Shown: piece by piece, positions 1 through 12,123 of the stretch
How the letters are laid out: each line of letters begins with the position of its first letter
Position numbering within the stretch: the stretch's first letter is position 1
Assembly: GCA_951406725.2 (NCBI GenBank)
Contig: OX597815.1
Coordinates: 77,996,001 to 78,060,000 of the forward strand
Length of the DNA stretch: 64,000 nt
Direction of reading: 5' to 3'
DNA from: Octopus vulgaris
Taxonomy: Eukaryota
Translations under genes and position numbers: made by a program
Notes under the pieces: generated by a model
Database searches by the model: none
What the model was told of the DNA's origin: nothing
The model's input: the letters and a program-made list of their open reading frames with translations, nothing else

Positions 1-200
1 TGGATGGCTGGTTAGTTGGTTGGATGGCTGGCTGGTTGGTTGGTTGGCTGGCTGGTTGGTTGGTTGGTTGGATGGCTGGCTGGCTGGCTGGCTGGCTGGT
101 TGGTTGGTTGGTTGGATGGCTGGCTAGTTGATTCGTTGATTGGTTGGCTGGTTGGTTGGTTGGTTGATTGGTTGGCTGGCTGATTGGTTGGCTGGTTAGT
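1..200. repeat. (TGGY)n tetranucleotide microsatellite
   Basis: Continuous tggt/tggc/tgga units. Confidence 0.95.
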
Positions 201-221
201 GAGGTTCTAATGCCTGTAGCT

Positions 222-710
222 CCACCATTACTACCATCATCTATGTCTTGTACCATCATTACTACCACCAGCATAACTCCTGTGTTGGTGGTCACTACCT
301 CCTCCAACACATCTAATATCAGTGCTAATACCACTGTTGCCACTATCTCCACTATTACCATCACCACCACTACTGTAAGTCAGCACTACCACTGATGTCA
401 GTCAGCATGACCACCACCAAGTATCACCCTGATGGTGTTGGTCATAATCTTCACCTCTTATATCGCTTGCATTCACATTACCATCACTGTTACCACCACT
501 ACCATCCAGCATCACTCTAGCATTGTTGGTCACTGTCTCCACCTACATCACCTCTACTATTGCTTGCATCCACATTGCCATCTCTGCTACCACCACCACC
601 ACCATCACCACCATAAACATCATCTATACCACTATAACTGCCAGCTCACTTGCTGCTACCACTATAATCCCACTAGCATCATTTCATGATTATCTTCACA
701 TTACCAGTTA
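222..710. repeat. Degenerate (CAC/CAT/TAC)n trinucleotide low-complexity tract
   Basis: Runs of accaccacc, catcac and tactac; explains the His/Thr-rich ORFs here. Confidence 0.85.
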
Positions 711-1046
711 AATTTGTGGGATAGATAGAAAGCTTAAAGCGGAAGTAATGTCTAAAATCAAGAGTCCTTAAAATAAGCTTAATGAAGAGAAAAGTTTTGG
801 TTAACAAGAAGGAAGATGGCCAGTAGGTGGTGCTGGGTCCTATTTCCATCTAAGGAATGGCTATGCTCAGTACACAGGAAAAGAGTAGAGAAGAAAGTCA
901 CATAGTGTAGTCAATGTAAATTATGGATGCACATAAGACACAATTAACAGGCTAACAGTGAAGAAGAACTTTGTATATAACAGACACCACCAAAGAGTAG
1001 TCAGCTGTGTGTATATGTATATATATATTATATACTACACCCCCGT

Positions 1047-1360
1047 GGAGGCACATGGCTGAATGGTTAGAGTATCGGGCTCACAATCATGAAGAAGTGA
1101 ATTCAATTCCTGGACCAGACTGTGTTTTGTGTTCTTGAACAAGACACTTTATTTCACATTGCTCCAGTTCACTCAGCTGTAGAAATGAGTTGCAATGTCA
1201 CTGGTGCCAAGCTGTATTGGCCTTTGCCTTTCCCTTGGGCAACATCAGTGGCATGGAGAGGGGACTGCTGGTCTTCCATAAACAATCTTACCTGGACTAG
1301 TGCCTTGGAAGGGGACTTTCTAGGTGCAATCCCATGGTCATTCATGACCAAAGGGGTCTA
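1047..1360 (+). mobile_element. tRNA-derived SINE, family 3
   Basis: A-box-like tggctgaatgg, B-box-like ttcaattcc, then caagacactttatttcacattgctccagttcactcagctg. Related copies at about 39550-39780 and 46883-47200. Confidence 0.75.
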
Positions 1361-1789
1361 AACGACACTCACACTCTCAGTTGAAGGGTGCCTTGTCTTG
1401 TGAGTTTGTGACCTCACTAAGTGCTACATGGAAATTACACAGTAAGACACCTTACTGTAGAAACCATGCCAAAGCAGACATTGATGTTTGGTGCATTCCT
1501 CTGCCTCACTGGCTCCTGTCAAATCATCCAACCCATACTGGCATAAGAAACAGACATTAAACAACAATAACGAAGCAGTAGTAAAGAAAGACAACAATAA
1601 AAGCTAGAAGTACAAGAAAAAGTGCATAGGCCCAGTGTTTAAATTTTAGAAACATGGAATTTTTGAAGGATGCAATGTCCAGACAGCTAACAAACAATGT
1701 AGTTTATTTTATTCTATGCTTTAACAATTCTGAGTATGAAAAAATGATTTCAAAAGCCATAGGTGCTGTAGAGGACAAAATATATAATC

Positions 1790-2080
1790 AGTGTAAGATC
1801 ATAAATTTGGCAATCTCCTATGATAGCAGAGTAGATATCAAAGAAATTCAAAAAATTGAAAGATAACAAAATCTAGCCAGAGAACTGAAGAGATTATGGG
1901 AAACTAAGACAACAATTATTCCTATAGTAATTGGTAGACTTGGTACAACACCCAAACTGCTACTTAAGAGGCTGAAAGATAGTGGAATTGAAACTCACTT
2001 TGTCAATCTGCTGAAAAGTACCTTCTTGTATTCTGCAAGAGTCCTAAGAACGATTCTTAGGATTCAAGGAGACTTGTTGT
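1790..2080 (+). mobile_element. R4/Dong-like LINE 3' fragment (restriction-like endonuclease region), decayed
   Basis: Translates as CKIINLAISYDSRVDIKEIQKIER*QNLARELKRLWETKTTIIPIVIGRLG...KSTFLYSARVLR, matching the K-x-x-K-x-x-KY..L..E..RLW..VPIVIGALG pattern of RLE-type LINEs. Confidence 0.7.
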
Positions 2081-2119
2081 CATCAAACATTAAGATAGTA
2101 TTCCTAGCTTCATGATGGT

Positions 2120-2420
2120 GGTGGTTTCAAATTTTGGTACAGGGCTAGCAGTTTTAGGGTGGTTGTTAATCAATTACATTGACCCCAGTGTACAGCTAGT
2201 ATTTTTTTTATTGACCCCAAAAATATGAAAAGCAAAGTTGACCTTGGCTAATAATAATAATAATAATCCTTTATGCTGTAGGTACACAGCCTGAAAATTT
2301 GGGGAGGGGCCAGTCAATTACATCAACCCCAGTACTTAACTTTTATTGAAACTTGAAGTCAGAACATGATGATTGAGATGTTGTTTAGCATTTTGTTTGG
2401 CATGCTAACGGTTCTGCCAG
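2120..2420 (-). mobile_element. Two partial family-1 SINEs in a (TAA)n tract
   Basis: Share attacattgaccccagt...aaagcaaagttgacct and catgctaacggttctgccag with the better copy at 5731-5945. Confidence 0.7.
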
Positions 2421-2426
2421 AATAAA

Positions 2427-2463
<37 letters not shown>

Positions 2464-2609
2464 TTTATAAAGAGATTTTTTTCTTTACATGCAGACATCA
2501 GCTTTTTTCATAAACCTCACCTGTTTGCATCTTTAGATGCAAAAACTTGTCCCTTGACATCTTAGGTTGAGACTTGGGTACAGCTTGTATAAATTAAAGC
2601 AAAGGCAGT

Positions 2610-3220
2610 CAGTTCTTGCCCCTACAGAATATAAAACCAGGTATGATCAAGTTGGCCAATACTTACACTGGAACATATGCTGTCACTATGATATCCCACA
2701 CCCTAAGAACTGGTATGAACACCATCCTGAACCAATCTCAGAGAGAGAGAATGTTACCATCCTGTGGGATTATAGAATACATACAAACAGACAAATAAAT
2801 GATAACAGACCACACATTATCATCATCATCATCAAAGACCTAAGTTGAAAAACATGCCTGTTAATTGATATGACAGTGCCTAATGATAGAAACATCTCAG
2901 CAAAGGAATTTAAAAAGCTGTTGAAATATAAGGACCCTGAGATTGAGATGTCTAAGATGTGACTATTATAAACCAAAACCTTCCCTGTTATTGTAGGTGC
3001 CCTGGGAATGATCAAAAAAGGTAGTGACAAATTTTTTGACCAGATCTCTTGGAAACCAGCCATCTATGAAACTCAAAAAATTGTGTTGACATCAACTGCC
3101 CACAGTCTCAGGAAGTTTCTCTGCATCTAATATGTACATACCTTAAGTCTCTGGTTGAGACCCAGTCAGAAGATGAAATAGAATACAAATCAATTGGGAA
3201 ATAATAGTAATAATAATGAT
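2610..3220 (+). mobile_element. R4/Dong-like LINE 3' fragment with (TAA)n tail, decayed
   Basis: LAPTEYKTRYDQVGQYLHWNIC...WYEHHPE...ILWDYRIHTNRQINDNRPHI...CLLIDMTVP...PVIVGALGMI, with stops. These are degenerate RHD, ILWD and RPD motifs of RLE LINEs. The TAA-like tail follows at about 3200. Confidence 0.85.
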
Positions 3221-3899
3221 GATCATCATGATAATGATAATAATGGTTTCTATTATTTGCCTCCACAACAAAGGATGAACGTGACAATACAAAGACAGAC
3301 ATAAAGTGTGGGAGTTTAAATATAATGATAATAATAAATGCCACAGGTAGTAGCTCCTGATTTTAACGGATTAGGAGTGCTGCCATTTACGTGTTTTGTC
3401 TTAGTGTGAAAGATGGGCTACAGCAAATATTCTGCTCAATACCTCACTTGTTTGACATTAACCATTTGAGCATGTCCCTTAGTGGCTGACAATATGTGCA
3501 TTTCTGATCATGAGCAGAAGTAGTGAGGGAGCATCATAACCATGGAACAAGTCATGCACAGTTTATCTTGATATGAGATCACCATGTCAAGCACATTTTG
3601 TTGTGATGCATGTGCTGGATGTACCCTTATCAGATAGGTAATCATAATGGGTGTATTGGACTTCGTATGTTTGTACCCCAGCGTCACGTTGATGGCATGC
3701 ACTGCTCTCTTATTCAGTAATAATAATAATTAATGGTTTCAAATTTTGGCATAAGGCCAGCAATTTTGGGGCAGTGGGTAATAATAGTAATAATAATCCT
3801 TTTTACTGTAGGCACAAGGCTTGGATTTTTGTAGGGAGGGACACAATTGATTTTATCGACTCCAGTACTTGACTGGTACTTAATTTATCATCCTTTATG

Positions 3900-3936
<37 letters not shown>

Positions 3937-5004
3937 GGTTGGTGATAGTGGTGGTGGTGGTGGCAGTGAATACTTGGTCTTGGTGTATGGAAGTGATAAT
4001 ACTGATTGCTGTAAATATAACCGCCAGTAATAACATCCTCCACCACTTCCACCACCATCTCCACTATTATCACCAATGCTTATAAACAGGACACCAATAT
4101 ATGAAAATATTGTAATATAAATACACCTGTATCATTATGTGGACTGGGCTTCCTCTTACAAATTATAGCTTAAATTTAATGATGTAAAAATAAAAAAAAA
4201 TAACATCCACCTTACTTTCTACCCTTTATAATTGTTTTGCATGGGTAAAACAGGAAGTGGGTTTAAGGGGGGATAATTAAACTTAAGAGGCTTATTTTTT
4301 AAAAATGAATTGCAATTCATGTCATTCATTTTCATTTTGCATCTGCTTTCCACTCTGGCAGGGATTGCATGGTTTGATAGTTTGTCATGATGTCCTACCA
4401 CTTTTGTCACTCAGCTTCACAGTTACTCCACCTAATAGAAATAGCAGCCAAATCTCCATCAAATGATACATCAAGAAAATCGAAGGACATACTATCTGAA
4501 GGAACAAGTGTATGATAGGAAGAAGGTAGGAGTATGTAGGGGGTGGGGACCGAGAGGGGAGTAATTGAAAATAACAGGGGTGGCCAAAGGTAAAGAAGGA
4601 TAGATGGGTATAATGAGCAAGTATGATAGAAAAACAAGGCTATTTGGGAGTGAAGTAGATGGCAGTGTTGGGGGCAGTGATTGGTAATAGTAGAAGTGGG
4701 CAAAAGTAGGGGTAGGTGATAAAATAAAGTACAAGTAGTGGTGGGACTGGAGGGAAGGAAATAGATGAGATTCACAGGAGAGAGAGTTGTTTGAGAACAC
4801 AGCTGGGTTCTTAGGATTTAGTGTATGTGTGTGAATGCTGGTAAGAAAGCCCACACTTTTCTTTGACACAAAAAATTCTGCCTACCTATCACCTTAAAAT
4901 TATTCCAGGTAAAAGCACGGTTGTCCTTGCATACAGACTTGTCCCCTACAACTCTCTCCAGCTGAGTATCCCTAATCTTACAGACTTGTAAGTGCAGTGC
5001 CCCA

Positions 5005-5200
5005 TAAAAAGCACCCATACTAGTGCTGCATAAAAGCACCCAATACACTCTGTAAAGTGGTTGGTGTTAGGCTGGACATCCAGCTGTAGAAACCATGCCA
5101 AAAACAGGGAGCCTGAACAGCCCTTCAGCTGGTCAGCTTCTGTCAAACCGTCCAACCCATGCCAGCATGGAAAATGGACTTGAAATGATGATGATGGTGA
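5005..5200 (+). mobile_element. RTE-tail SINE-like repeat, family 4
   Basis: aaaagcacc...catccagctgtagaaacc...gtccaacccatgccagcatggaaa followed by (GAT)n. Related copies at about 16575-16700(-), 21080-21260(-), 41100-41575, 44255-44408, 54215-54425, 61655-61901 and 62750-62995. Confidence 0.8.
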
Positions 5201-5219
5201 TGAATAGTAGTGGTAATAA

Positions 5220-5945
5220 TAGTTTCAAGTTTTGGAACAAGGTCAACAATTTCAGGGCTAAGTCAGCTGCATCAACCCCAGTACTTGGCTGGTACTTATT
5301 TTATTGACCTCAGAAGGATGAAAAGTAAAGTTGGGGTGGCAGTATTTGAACTCGGAACATAAAGATAGACAATATGCTGCAAAGCATTTTACCTGGCATG
5401 CTAATGATTCTGTCAGCTCATCACCTTAATAGTAGTAGTAATAATAAACAACAACAACAATGATAAATAATCTTTTCTACTTTTGACACAAGGCCAGCAG
5501 TTTTAAGGAGGGACAAGTCAATTACATCAACCTCATTACTCAATTGATTCTTATTTTATCCACCTCCAGAAGGATGAAAGGTAAAGTTGACCTTGCCAGG
5601 ATTTTGAACTCAGAATGTGAAAACAGGCAAAATGCTGTTAAACTTTTTCCCCAGTGCATTAATATTTCTGCCAGCTTGCTGTATTAACAATGGTAAATAA
5701 TGATAAATATAACAATAACAATAGTAGTAATAACCCTTTTTACTAAAGGCACAAGGCCTGAAATTTGAGGGGAGTGGACTAGTTAATTACATTGACCCCA
5801 GTGCTCAACTGGTACTTATTTTATCGACCCTGAAAGGATGAAAGGCAAAGTTGACCTCGACAGAATTTGAACTCAGAACATAAAGACAGATGAAATGCCA
5901 CTAAGCATTTTGCCTGCTAACAATTCTGCCAGCTCACAGCCTTAA
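5220..5945 (-). mobile_element. Three tandem family-1 SINEs (tRNA head, Meta/MESC-like core) separated by TAA/TAG tracts
   Basis: Conserved actggtacttattttatcgacccygaaaggatgaaaggcaaagttgacctc...atttgaactc; the B box gagttcaaat lies on the minus strand. Other copies at about 3730-3895, 13035-13430, 19950-20160(+), 30695-30910, 40330-40566 and 40620-40785(+). The superfamily name is recalled, not verified. Confidence 0.85.
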
Positions 5946-6700
5946 CAACAGTAGTAATAATGATAATATATATTAGTGGTCAGTTAATACAACATTATAT
6001 TATATTGATTGAATAATACAGTGCAGAGTTCTCCATATATAACAATGATTCTCAACCAATTTTTTGACACGGGACCCTCATAGGTATTCTGTGTCTAAAA
6101 ACTCCTATTATATTTTTATGATTAAATATTAATAAGGAATTGTATACAAAAACGTTTAAATATTTTGTGTACTGTAGAAATATAAGCAGTTTATTGTGCA
6201 TAAATTTTAACAACAAAATCTTATAAGGATATGCCCAAGGGCCGTTTGTTGTTTGATACATTGGAAGATTGTTACTTCACTTTGAAACAAGAGGAAGTTG
6301 ACAATAGAGAGGGCATTCAGTCATAGGAAAACTCTTCTCCCAGCATACAAGCATGGGAAAGTAGGTGGTAGTGGAGGAAGTGGGGGAGAACAAGGGAGTG
6401 GAGCAGCAGCAATCTAAACACAACAAAAAATTGTGCTTTCCGTTGTTCTTAATTACAACTATGTGGACTGTATTTTCCATCAATTTTTCAGAACAAGTTT
6501 CCTGTCCAATCTTGATTATGTCATTTCTTTATATATGAAACATGCCATCTATAACTTCTTAAAATAAGTTGTTTTGTTTGTTTGTTTTTTTCCACTCTTC
6601 TTTCATCTCCATTGTATTACTTCCGTTTATATGTCGACTTGATTTCTATTAAAGTAGAAAATGCTAATATTTCCTGTTTATGTTGTGTTTCCTGTTTCAG

Positions 6701-6802
6701 GTAAATGGGATAGTTGTCCTTGATGAAAGTATCAAAGCTATCCAGAAGATAATTGACAATGTCACCGATTCATTGCAGCTAATTCTAGCTCATCCAAAAC
6801 AG
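6701..6802 (+). CDS. Penultimate coding exon of a PDZ-domain protein (C-terminal part of a PDZ domain)
   Basis: Acceptor tttcctgtttcag, donor CAG|gttggt, 102 nt, phase 0/0. Encodes VNGIVVLDESIKAIQKIIDNVTDSLQLILAHPKQ (VNG, helix, then terminal strand, as in PDZ domains). Confidence 0.8.
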
Positions 6803-7245
6803 GTTGGTTGGCAGCTTCTTTAATTGTGTAACAAAATTCAAAGATGAAAAGGGAATAAACAAAAAGAATTTTAAAAACCTTGTGTGTTTCAGATGTTTTA
6901 AGTAATTATTCAAGATAAATCAAGCTTCTTTGCTCTTGGGAAGCTTGATGTGTTGGTTTCAGTGAGCGACATTCCTGAAAAGGAAGTGTTTTAAAACAAA
7001 CTGTATGATAAGTGATAGTAAATCTATTAAATAAATAAATAAATAAATAAACATGATTGTGCGGTTAAAAAGCTTTACTTTGCAACCAATTGGTTTCAGG
7101 TTCAGTTCCATTGAGCAGCACTTTGAGCAAGTGTCTTCTATTAAAGCTCCAGGCCAGGCAATGCCTTGTGAGCGAATCTGGTAGGTGAAAACCATATAGA
7201 AGACTGTCATGTGTATGTGTGATATATATAATATATATATATATT

Positions 7246-8723
7246 GCCCATGTACTTGTTATAATCAAGGTTCACAAATGGCGTGCCATTTTCATCCACA
7301 TGTGGCCGTGCACGGGTAGACAGAAAATTGATCTGCCTCTTATCTCTGTATGCAGTTGCTAGCAAATTTCCTTTCTGCCGTTGAATTATTTCACCTTTTT
7401 TTTTTTTAATTTGCTTTTTTTATATCCAACGGCAGTCCTTTTCTACTAGCGATCACTGTAGCACATGTATGTGTTGTCACAGTATCTAAATTCTCCGCAA
7501 ATTTGACCGAACTGAAAAATCGGTCAAAAAATAATATACGGCCCTGGTTATGGTATGGAAGTGATGAATTCCAGACCACATCGTACCCTAGGCCATGCTG
7601 ACTTACATGATTGTCTCTTTTGCCAGTATAAAATTCAAATCCAGAGCAGTACCCAGTATTCGATTCGCAAATCTTCCAAACTCTGATCCCCATTTTATGG
7701 GCTTTCCTGGCATATACCGTCGAAAACATACTTGGCCTTTATAACCCACCATACCCTCATCAATTGATAAACATCTCCCCGGTTTATAAACAGTTTTATA
7801 TGTGTTTTGAACACAGTCAATAAGGGGTCTTATTTTAAATAAGGGATCAAAGCCTGGTTCTCCATGTACTGGTGTACTGCTCATGTCTCTTACATGCAAA
7901 TACTCAGTCAATTTCAAAACTCATGTCCTCATCATTATACTTGATACATATTCGTCTCCAAAGGGCTCATCGCTACTCCAGTAATTTGTTATTCTGGGTA
8001 ACTTTCTGATACCCATATAATATTTATGGCAAAATAGGCCTTAATTTCATTTAAGGTTGTGGGAAACCACAAACTATCCTTTATTTGCTTCGTTTACATT
8101 CAGCGTAACGGTTTGTTTCCGCCGTAATGGTTTCAAATAGGCTCATTGGAAAAAGTAAAAAGAAATAGTCTAAGGCTTTACTCTCCTGGGAAAGACTGTG
8201 ATTTGGTCCAGTTTCTTCAGAAAAATCATTGAAAGAAACAGTTTTTAAATTTTCACTCCATTCGGGCGCCAATTCATTTTCTTTATCGCTGTCGGAGCTC
8301 TCGGATTCACTGCTTTCACTTTCGGAAAATGAAACATCAGATTCATTATCAGATACCACGTGCTTTTTTGTTTGTCAGTCATAGAGTTAGATTTATCAGG
8401 GTCTTCAGTGGAAAACCCTTCGAATTCTGACTCACTGCTTGACAGAATGAAATTCGTATCCATTTTTTTGTCAGAATTACAAATTTTGAAAACACAACAG
8501 GAAGAAATGGGAAAAAAAAATCTCCCAAAATTCACAGAATTAAAATTACACGTTGATCGTTGTATAGAACTATAGATGAACTGTTTACGAAGTATAATCA
8601 TGTGTTTTCACGAATGTACTAACGAGATTTGCTCTGACATTCTCATTTAAATATGAATAGGTGATTACGGGCCGCTTGGTCTCATGAACCAAAATTTTTT
8701 GGGGCGGTTTGGTAATGAAAGGG
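7246..8723 (-). mobile_element. piggyBac (PGBD4-like) transposon, 3'-truncated with frameshifted transposase, intronic
   Basis: Terminus TTAA|CCCTTTCATTACC at 8727/8723. Acidic N-terminus from ATG at about 8463. Motifs ETNRYA, DPLFKIRPL, LSIDEGMV, YMPGKPIKWG, FFDRFFSS and DYNKYMG. The sequence breaks off before the final VD into a (TA)n tract. Confidence 0.92.
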
Positions 8724-8965
8724 TTAAGAAAGCTTGATGTCTAAGTTCAAATCCCATGGTGACTGGCTTAACTTTTGTCCTTTTGAGAGTTGACGTGGCT
8801 GATAACAACTGTTGTCAATTTTAATAATGTATAAGCTCTTCCCCAATATTTGAATCATTGTGGTTTTGTTAAAATTCAATATTATTTATTAAAAAAAACA
8901 ACTCAATTTATGATATCTTGTTTTCTACCCAATCAATTTTTTTTCTTTTATCTTTTTTGTTTTAG

Positions 8966-9259
8966 GCTATTGGTTGTCGGAGTTTGTCCAGTTGTTCCAA
9001 TATTTCTGTTGCAGAGGATATCCAAACCTTGAAGGAACGTATTAAACTGCTATTGACTGAATTAGATCATAAAGAGAAAGTGAATCGAGAAAGAAACTCT
9101 GCTCCCAATCTCCTCTCTTCTTCTTCTTCTACACCATCAAATCACTCGTCGTCTTGGTTAGGACCCTCCCCTAACCGAACTGAACATCGGCAATATTATG
9201 ATGACTGGGAAAAGAATCTAGAGTCTATTAAACTTGGGGAAGATGAATTTGTAGTATAG
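8966..9259 (+). CDS. Terminal coding exon of the PDZ protein: coiled coil, Ser-rich linker, C-terminus EDEFVV
   Basis: Strong acceptor ttttttgttttag, in frame with exon 6701-6802. Encodes AIGCRSLSS...EDIQTLKERIKLLLTELDHKEK...LGEDEFVV*. An AT-rich, UTR-like region follows. Confidence 0.82.
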   Translation, partial: AIGCRSLSSCSNISVAEDIQTLKERIKLLLTELDHKEKVNRERNSAPNLLSSSSSTPSNHSSSWLGPSPNRTEHRQYYDDWEKNLESIKLGEDEFVV

Positions 9260-11170
9260 CTGCAAATGACTAAAGCAGAGTCTATAGTAGTGATGATATG
9301 TAATATCATTTATTATTTTCATAACTTATTAAATAAAACGCAGGACGTGCCTGATATTATTTTCTGGAAGTCCTTAAAAGGTTTTATTTTTGCATTTTAT
9401 TTTTATTTTACTCCTTCCCTACCCTTCATCCCATCCATGATACATTGGATGAAGTTTTTGAGAAATATTGTTATAGATATATGAGTAGTGAACTAATGAT
9501 GTATTTTTGTTTTCTGTTTGTTTTGTTTGTTTGTTTTTTCACTGAATGTTTTTTACTGCACACAATTTCATAATTAGACAACATTAGTTAATGAAATTAT
9601 TCCTCCACCAGCTGCTAGCCAACATTGAACCTGCTTCTTCAGCTACAGTTGACCAATGCCTTATTCCTTAGATCATGCTAATTTCCTTAAAACATTGTCA
9701 CTAACAACAGTTAACCAGCTTTTTAAATAATGGCCGTTTTCTGATTAATCAACTTTGTATGTTTATGAGTGTGCATATATGTATGCATATGTGTGTGTAT
9801 GTATGTATGCATGTATGTACATGTATGTATGTGTGCATGATATGTCAGTCATAAATTGTTTTACTGTCTACGGAAAATATATTAGACTAAACCAAATACT
9901 GTCATCATTTTGACATTTAAATCTAAAAGAAAAAAGTGGAAAAAAAAAGGAAAGAAACCCAAATATTGTTGTGCTTTATTTATATATTTATTTTATTCAA
10001 CTAATCTTTTGTTAAATGCAAAAAGCTGATCAAATCCACTTAAATCCACCTGAATTTTTAACTCCATGCCATCTAAAATTTATTTTATGTGACGTCTCCA
10101 TGCCTATGTCTCTCTCTAATCTCAATTTTATCTGATTCTATTGCTGAGACAACCAAGGAATCAGTATACCTGTGATAATTAGTCAACATGTTCTTGGAGG
10201 AGCTTTTCTTTTCTTTTTAGTAAAAAATATCATGTTGTCCATTTTGTGATTGTTGTAATTGTTGTTGCTGTTGAAAACAGTATAAAATTATCAATAATTC
10301 AATACAATAATTAATTTCTCATTTCAACTAATTGATTTCCGATTGCAGTTGTTTGCCATTTAGTTTTAATAATTTCACTGTTATTGCAGTTTGTGTGTCA
10401 GAGAAGCTTCTTATATGAAGCTTGTCTTGATTTCGTGGGTGTAATTTATGGAAAGCTCGCTAATAATCCTTCATTATCTTCATCTTCATCAGAGTGCATC
10501 CTATATAAGTTATCCTGCTGATCCTGCTGTCTATGTGAAGCATGAAATATCCTTATGTAATGGCTGTGAATATCTCACATGAATACAATAACATTGGTTC
10601 ATATCTCTCCATACTCCTCTCTACATGCATACCTTCTCTCTCACATACACACATATATCTTTCTCTCTCTCTCTCTCTCTCTGCCATCTTACATCATCTC
10701 ATATTCTCTCACACTCATTTCACATATAATTCATAAGTTAATTGTGCTCTACAGCTGTTTCAATAGAGTAAAAACATTATTGTATATATAATTACATAAT
10801 TAGCATAATAAATTTAAAAGTGATAAGCTAATGATTCTCCTGAAGAAATGGTTAACCCATCATTTTTAAATTAACTAATTATGTATATTCAGTACATAAT
10901 TATATAAATGATAATGTTTTTACTCTATTGAAACAGCTACATGAAATTTATGCCTTTCTGATTTTTATTCTTGTTATGTTGCTCTCAACTTTTTTTTAGC
11001 TGATTCTATAGAAACATGCAAATGTATTCCACTAGGATTTACTGCATTGTAACAGTGTTTTGAAGTTTAACAATGTGTTATTGGGTTTTTAATTACTATG
11101 TATACATTTTATGCTGTTTATATATCAATACAGATATTTAAGTAGTTCTCTCTCTCTCTCTCTCTAATTA

Positions 11171-11212
<42 letters not shown>

Positions 11213-11767
11213 CACACACTCAAACAGATGTGTGTGTGTGTGTGTGTGTTAAGTCTATTCTTTAAAGCTAATTTAAGAATAACAACTGAATAACTCAAAA
11301 ACAGAGCAAAATGCTTTGCAAAATTTAAGATAACAAGGTCTTGAAGTTAATGTGTGTGTGTGTGCACGCATGCGCTGGCAGGTATGTATTCAAACACACT
11401 GAAGCTTACTTGTCTTCACTATGCTCATGCATGCGTGCGTGTACACACACATACACACACACAGAGAAAGAGAGACAGATATAACATTAAAGAGTAAGGG
11501 AGAAAAAAATTTGTGAGAGAGTACCATGTGTGACACACACCCACACACACTTGTACTATTAACCCTCTGCTTCTTATTTATAACTGTTAGTGTGGGTTGG
11601 GTAGGTCTACAGTGAGTGATCTCCAGTTATCTCTGTCCTTTGCTAATCACTGACCACCACCATTTAGTCAACCGTGTAACTCAGTGGCACACTTTTGTTT
11701 CTCTAAAAATGAGACAGCACAATATAAACATGCTTCTTTTCACATATAGTTGTTAAATAGAATGTAA

Positions 11768-12123
11768 TAAATGGAAGATGAAAGATACGAGAATTTTTAT
11801 TGATCCCTATAATTGTTTCAACTCATCTAGCATCGATCCCTTGCAGGTGGGATACTATACAACTGATTTAGGTGTATCCCTCAGTGTAGATGTGTCTCAT
11901 CAGGTGATTTCAAGAGGCATCTCATTAAAATATACTTTGTTTTGCAAGATTTCTTCTTATTCTTCATATATAGAAATTGCAAATTAAGGGATACAACTTC
12001 ATTCTTATAGAAGATCTGTAACAAATATCAGATGCAAAAAGAAATACTTTTTCACTATATTGTATATTTATTATTTTTTGTATCTGATCTTTATGAATTT
12101 TCTAGATCTATATAACAAGATGA
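11768..12123 (-). mobile_element. Hammerhead-bearing non-coding element (Penelope-like), copy A
   Basis: Aligns over about 270 bp with the arms of 15890-16445. Flanked by imperfect 50-60 bp direct repeats (11718-11767, 12124-12183). Confidence 0.7.
11802..11909 (-). ncRNA. Type I hammerhead ribozyme motif, partly degenerate
   Basis: Minus strand: atcac CTGATGA gacacatcta...tagatgagtt GAAA c aatt a TA gggat. Stems III and I each carry one mismatch. Confidence 0.62.

Noticed and set aside
168-711. His/Thr/Ile-rich ORFs
   Set aside because: They are translations of degenerate trinucleotide repeats, with no splice or domain support.
3803-4085. Poly-Ile, poly-Tyr and poly-His ORFs
   Set aside because: They come from (TAA)n and (GGT)n microsatellites next to a SINE.
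7246-8463. Domesticated piggyBac (PGBD) gene
   Set aside because: Several frameshifts and stops, and truncation before the third catalytic Asp.
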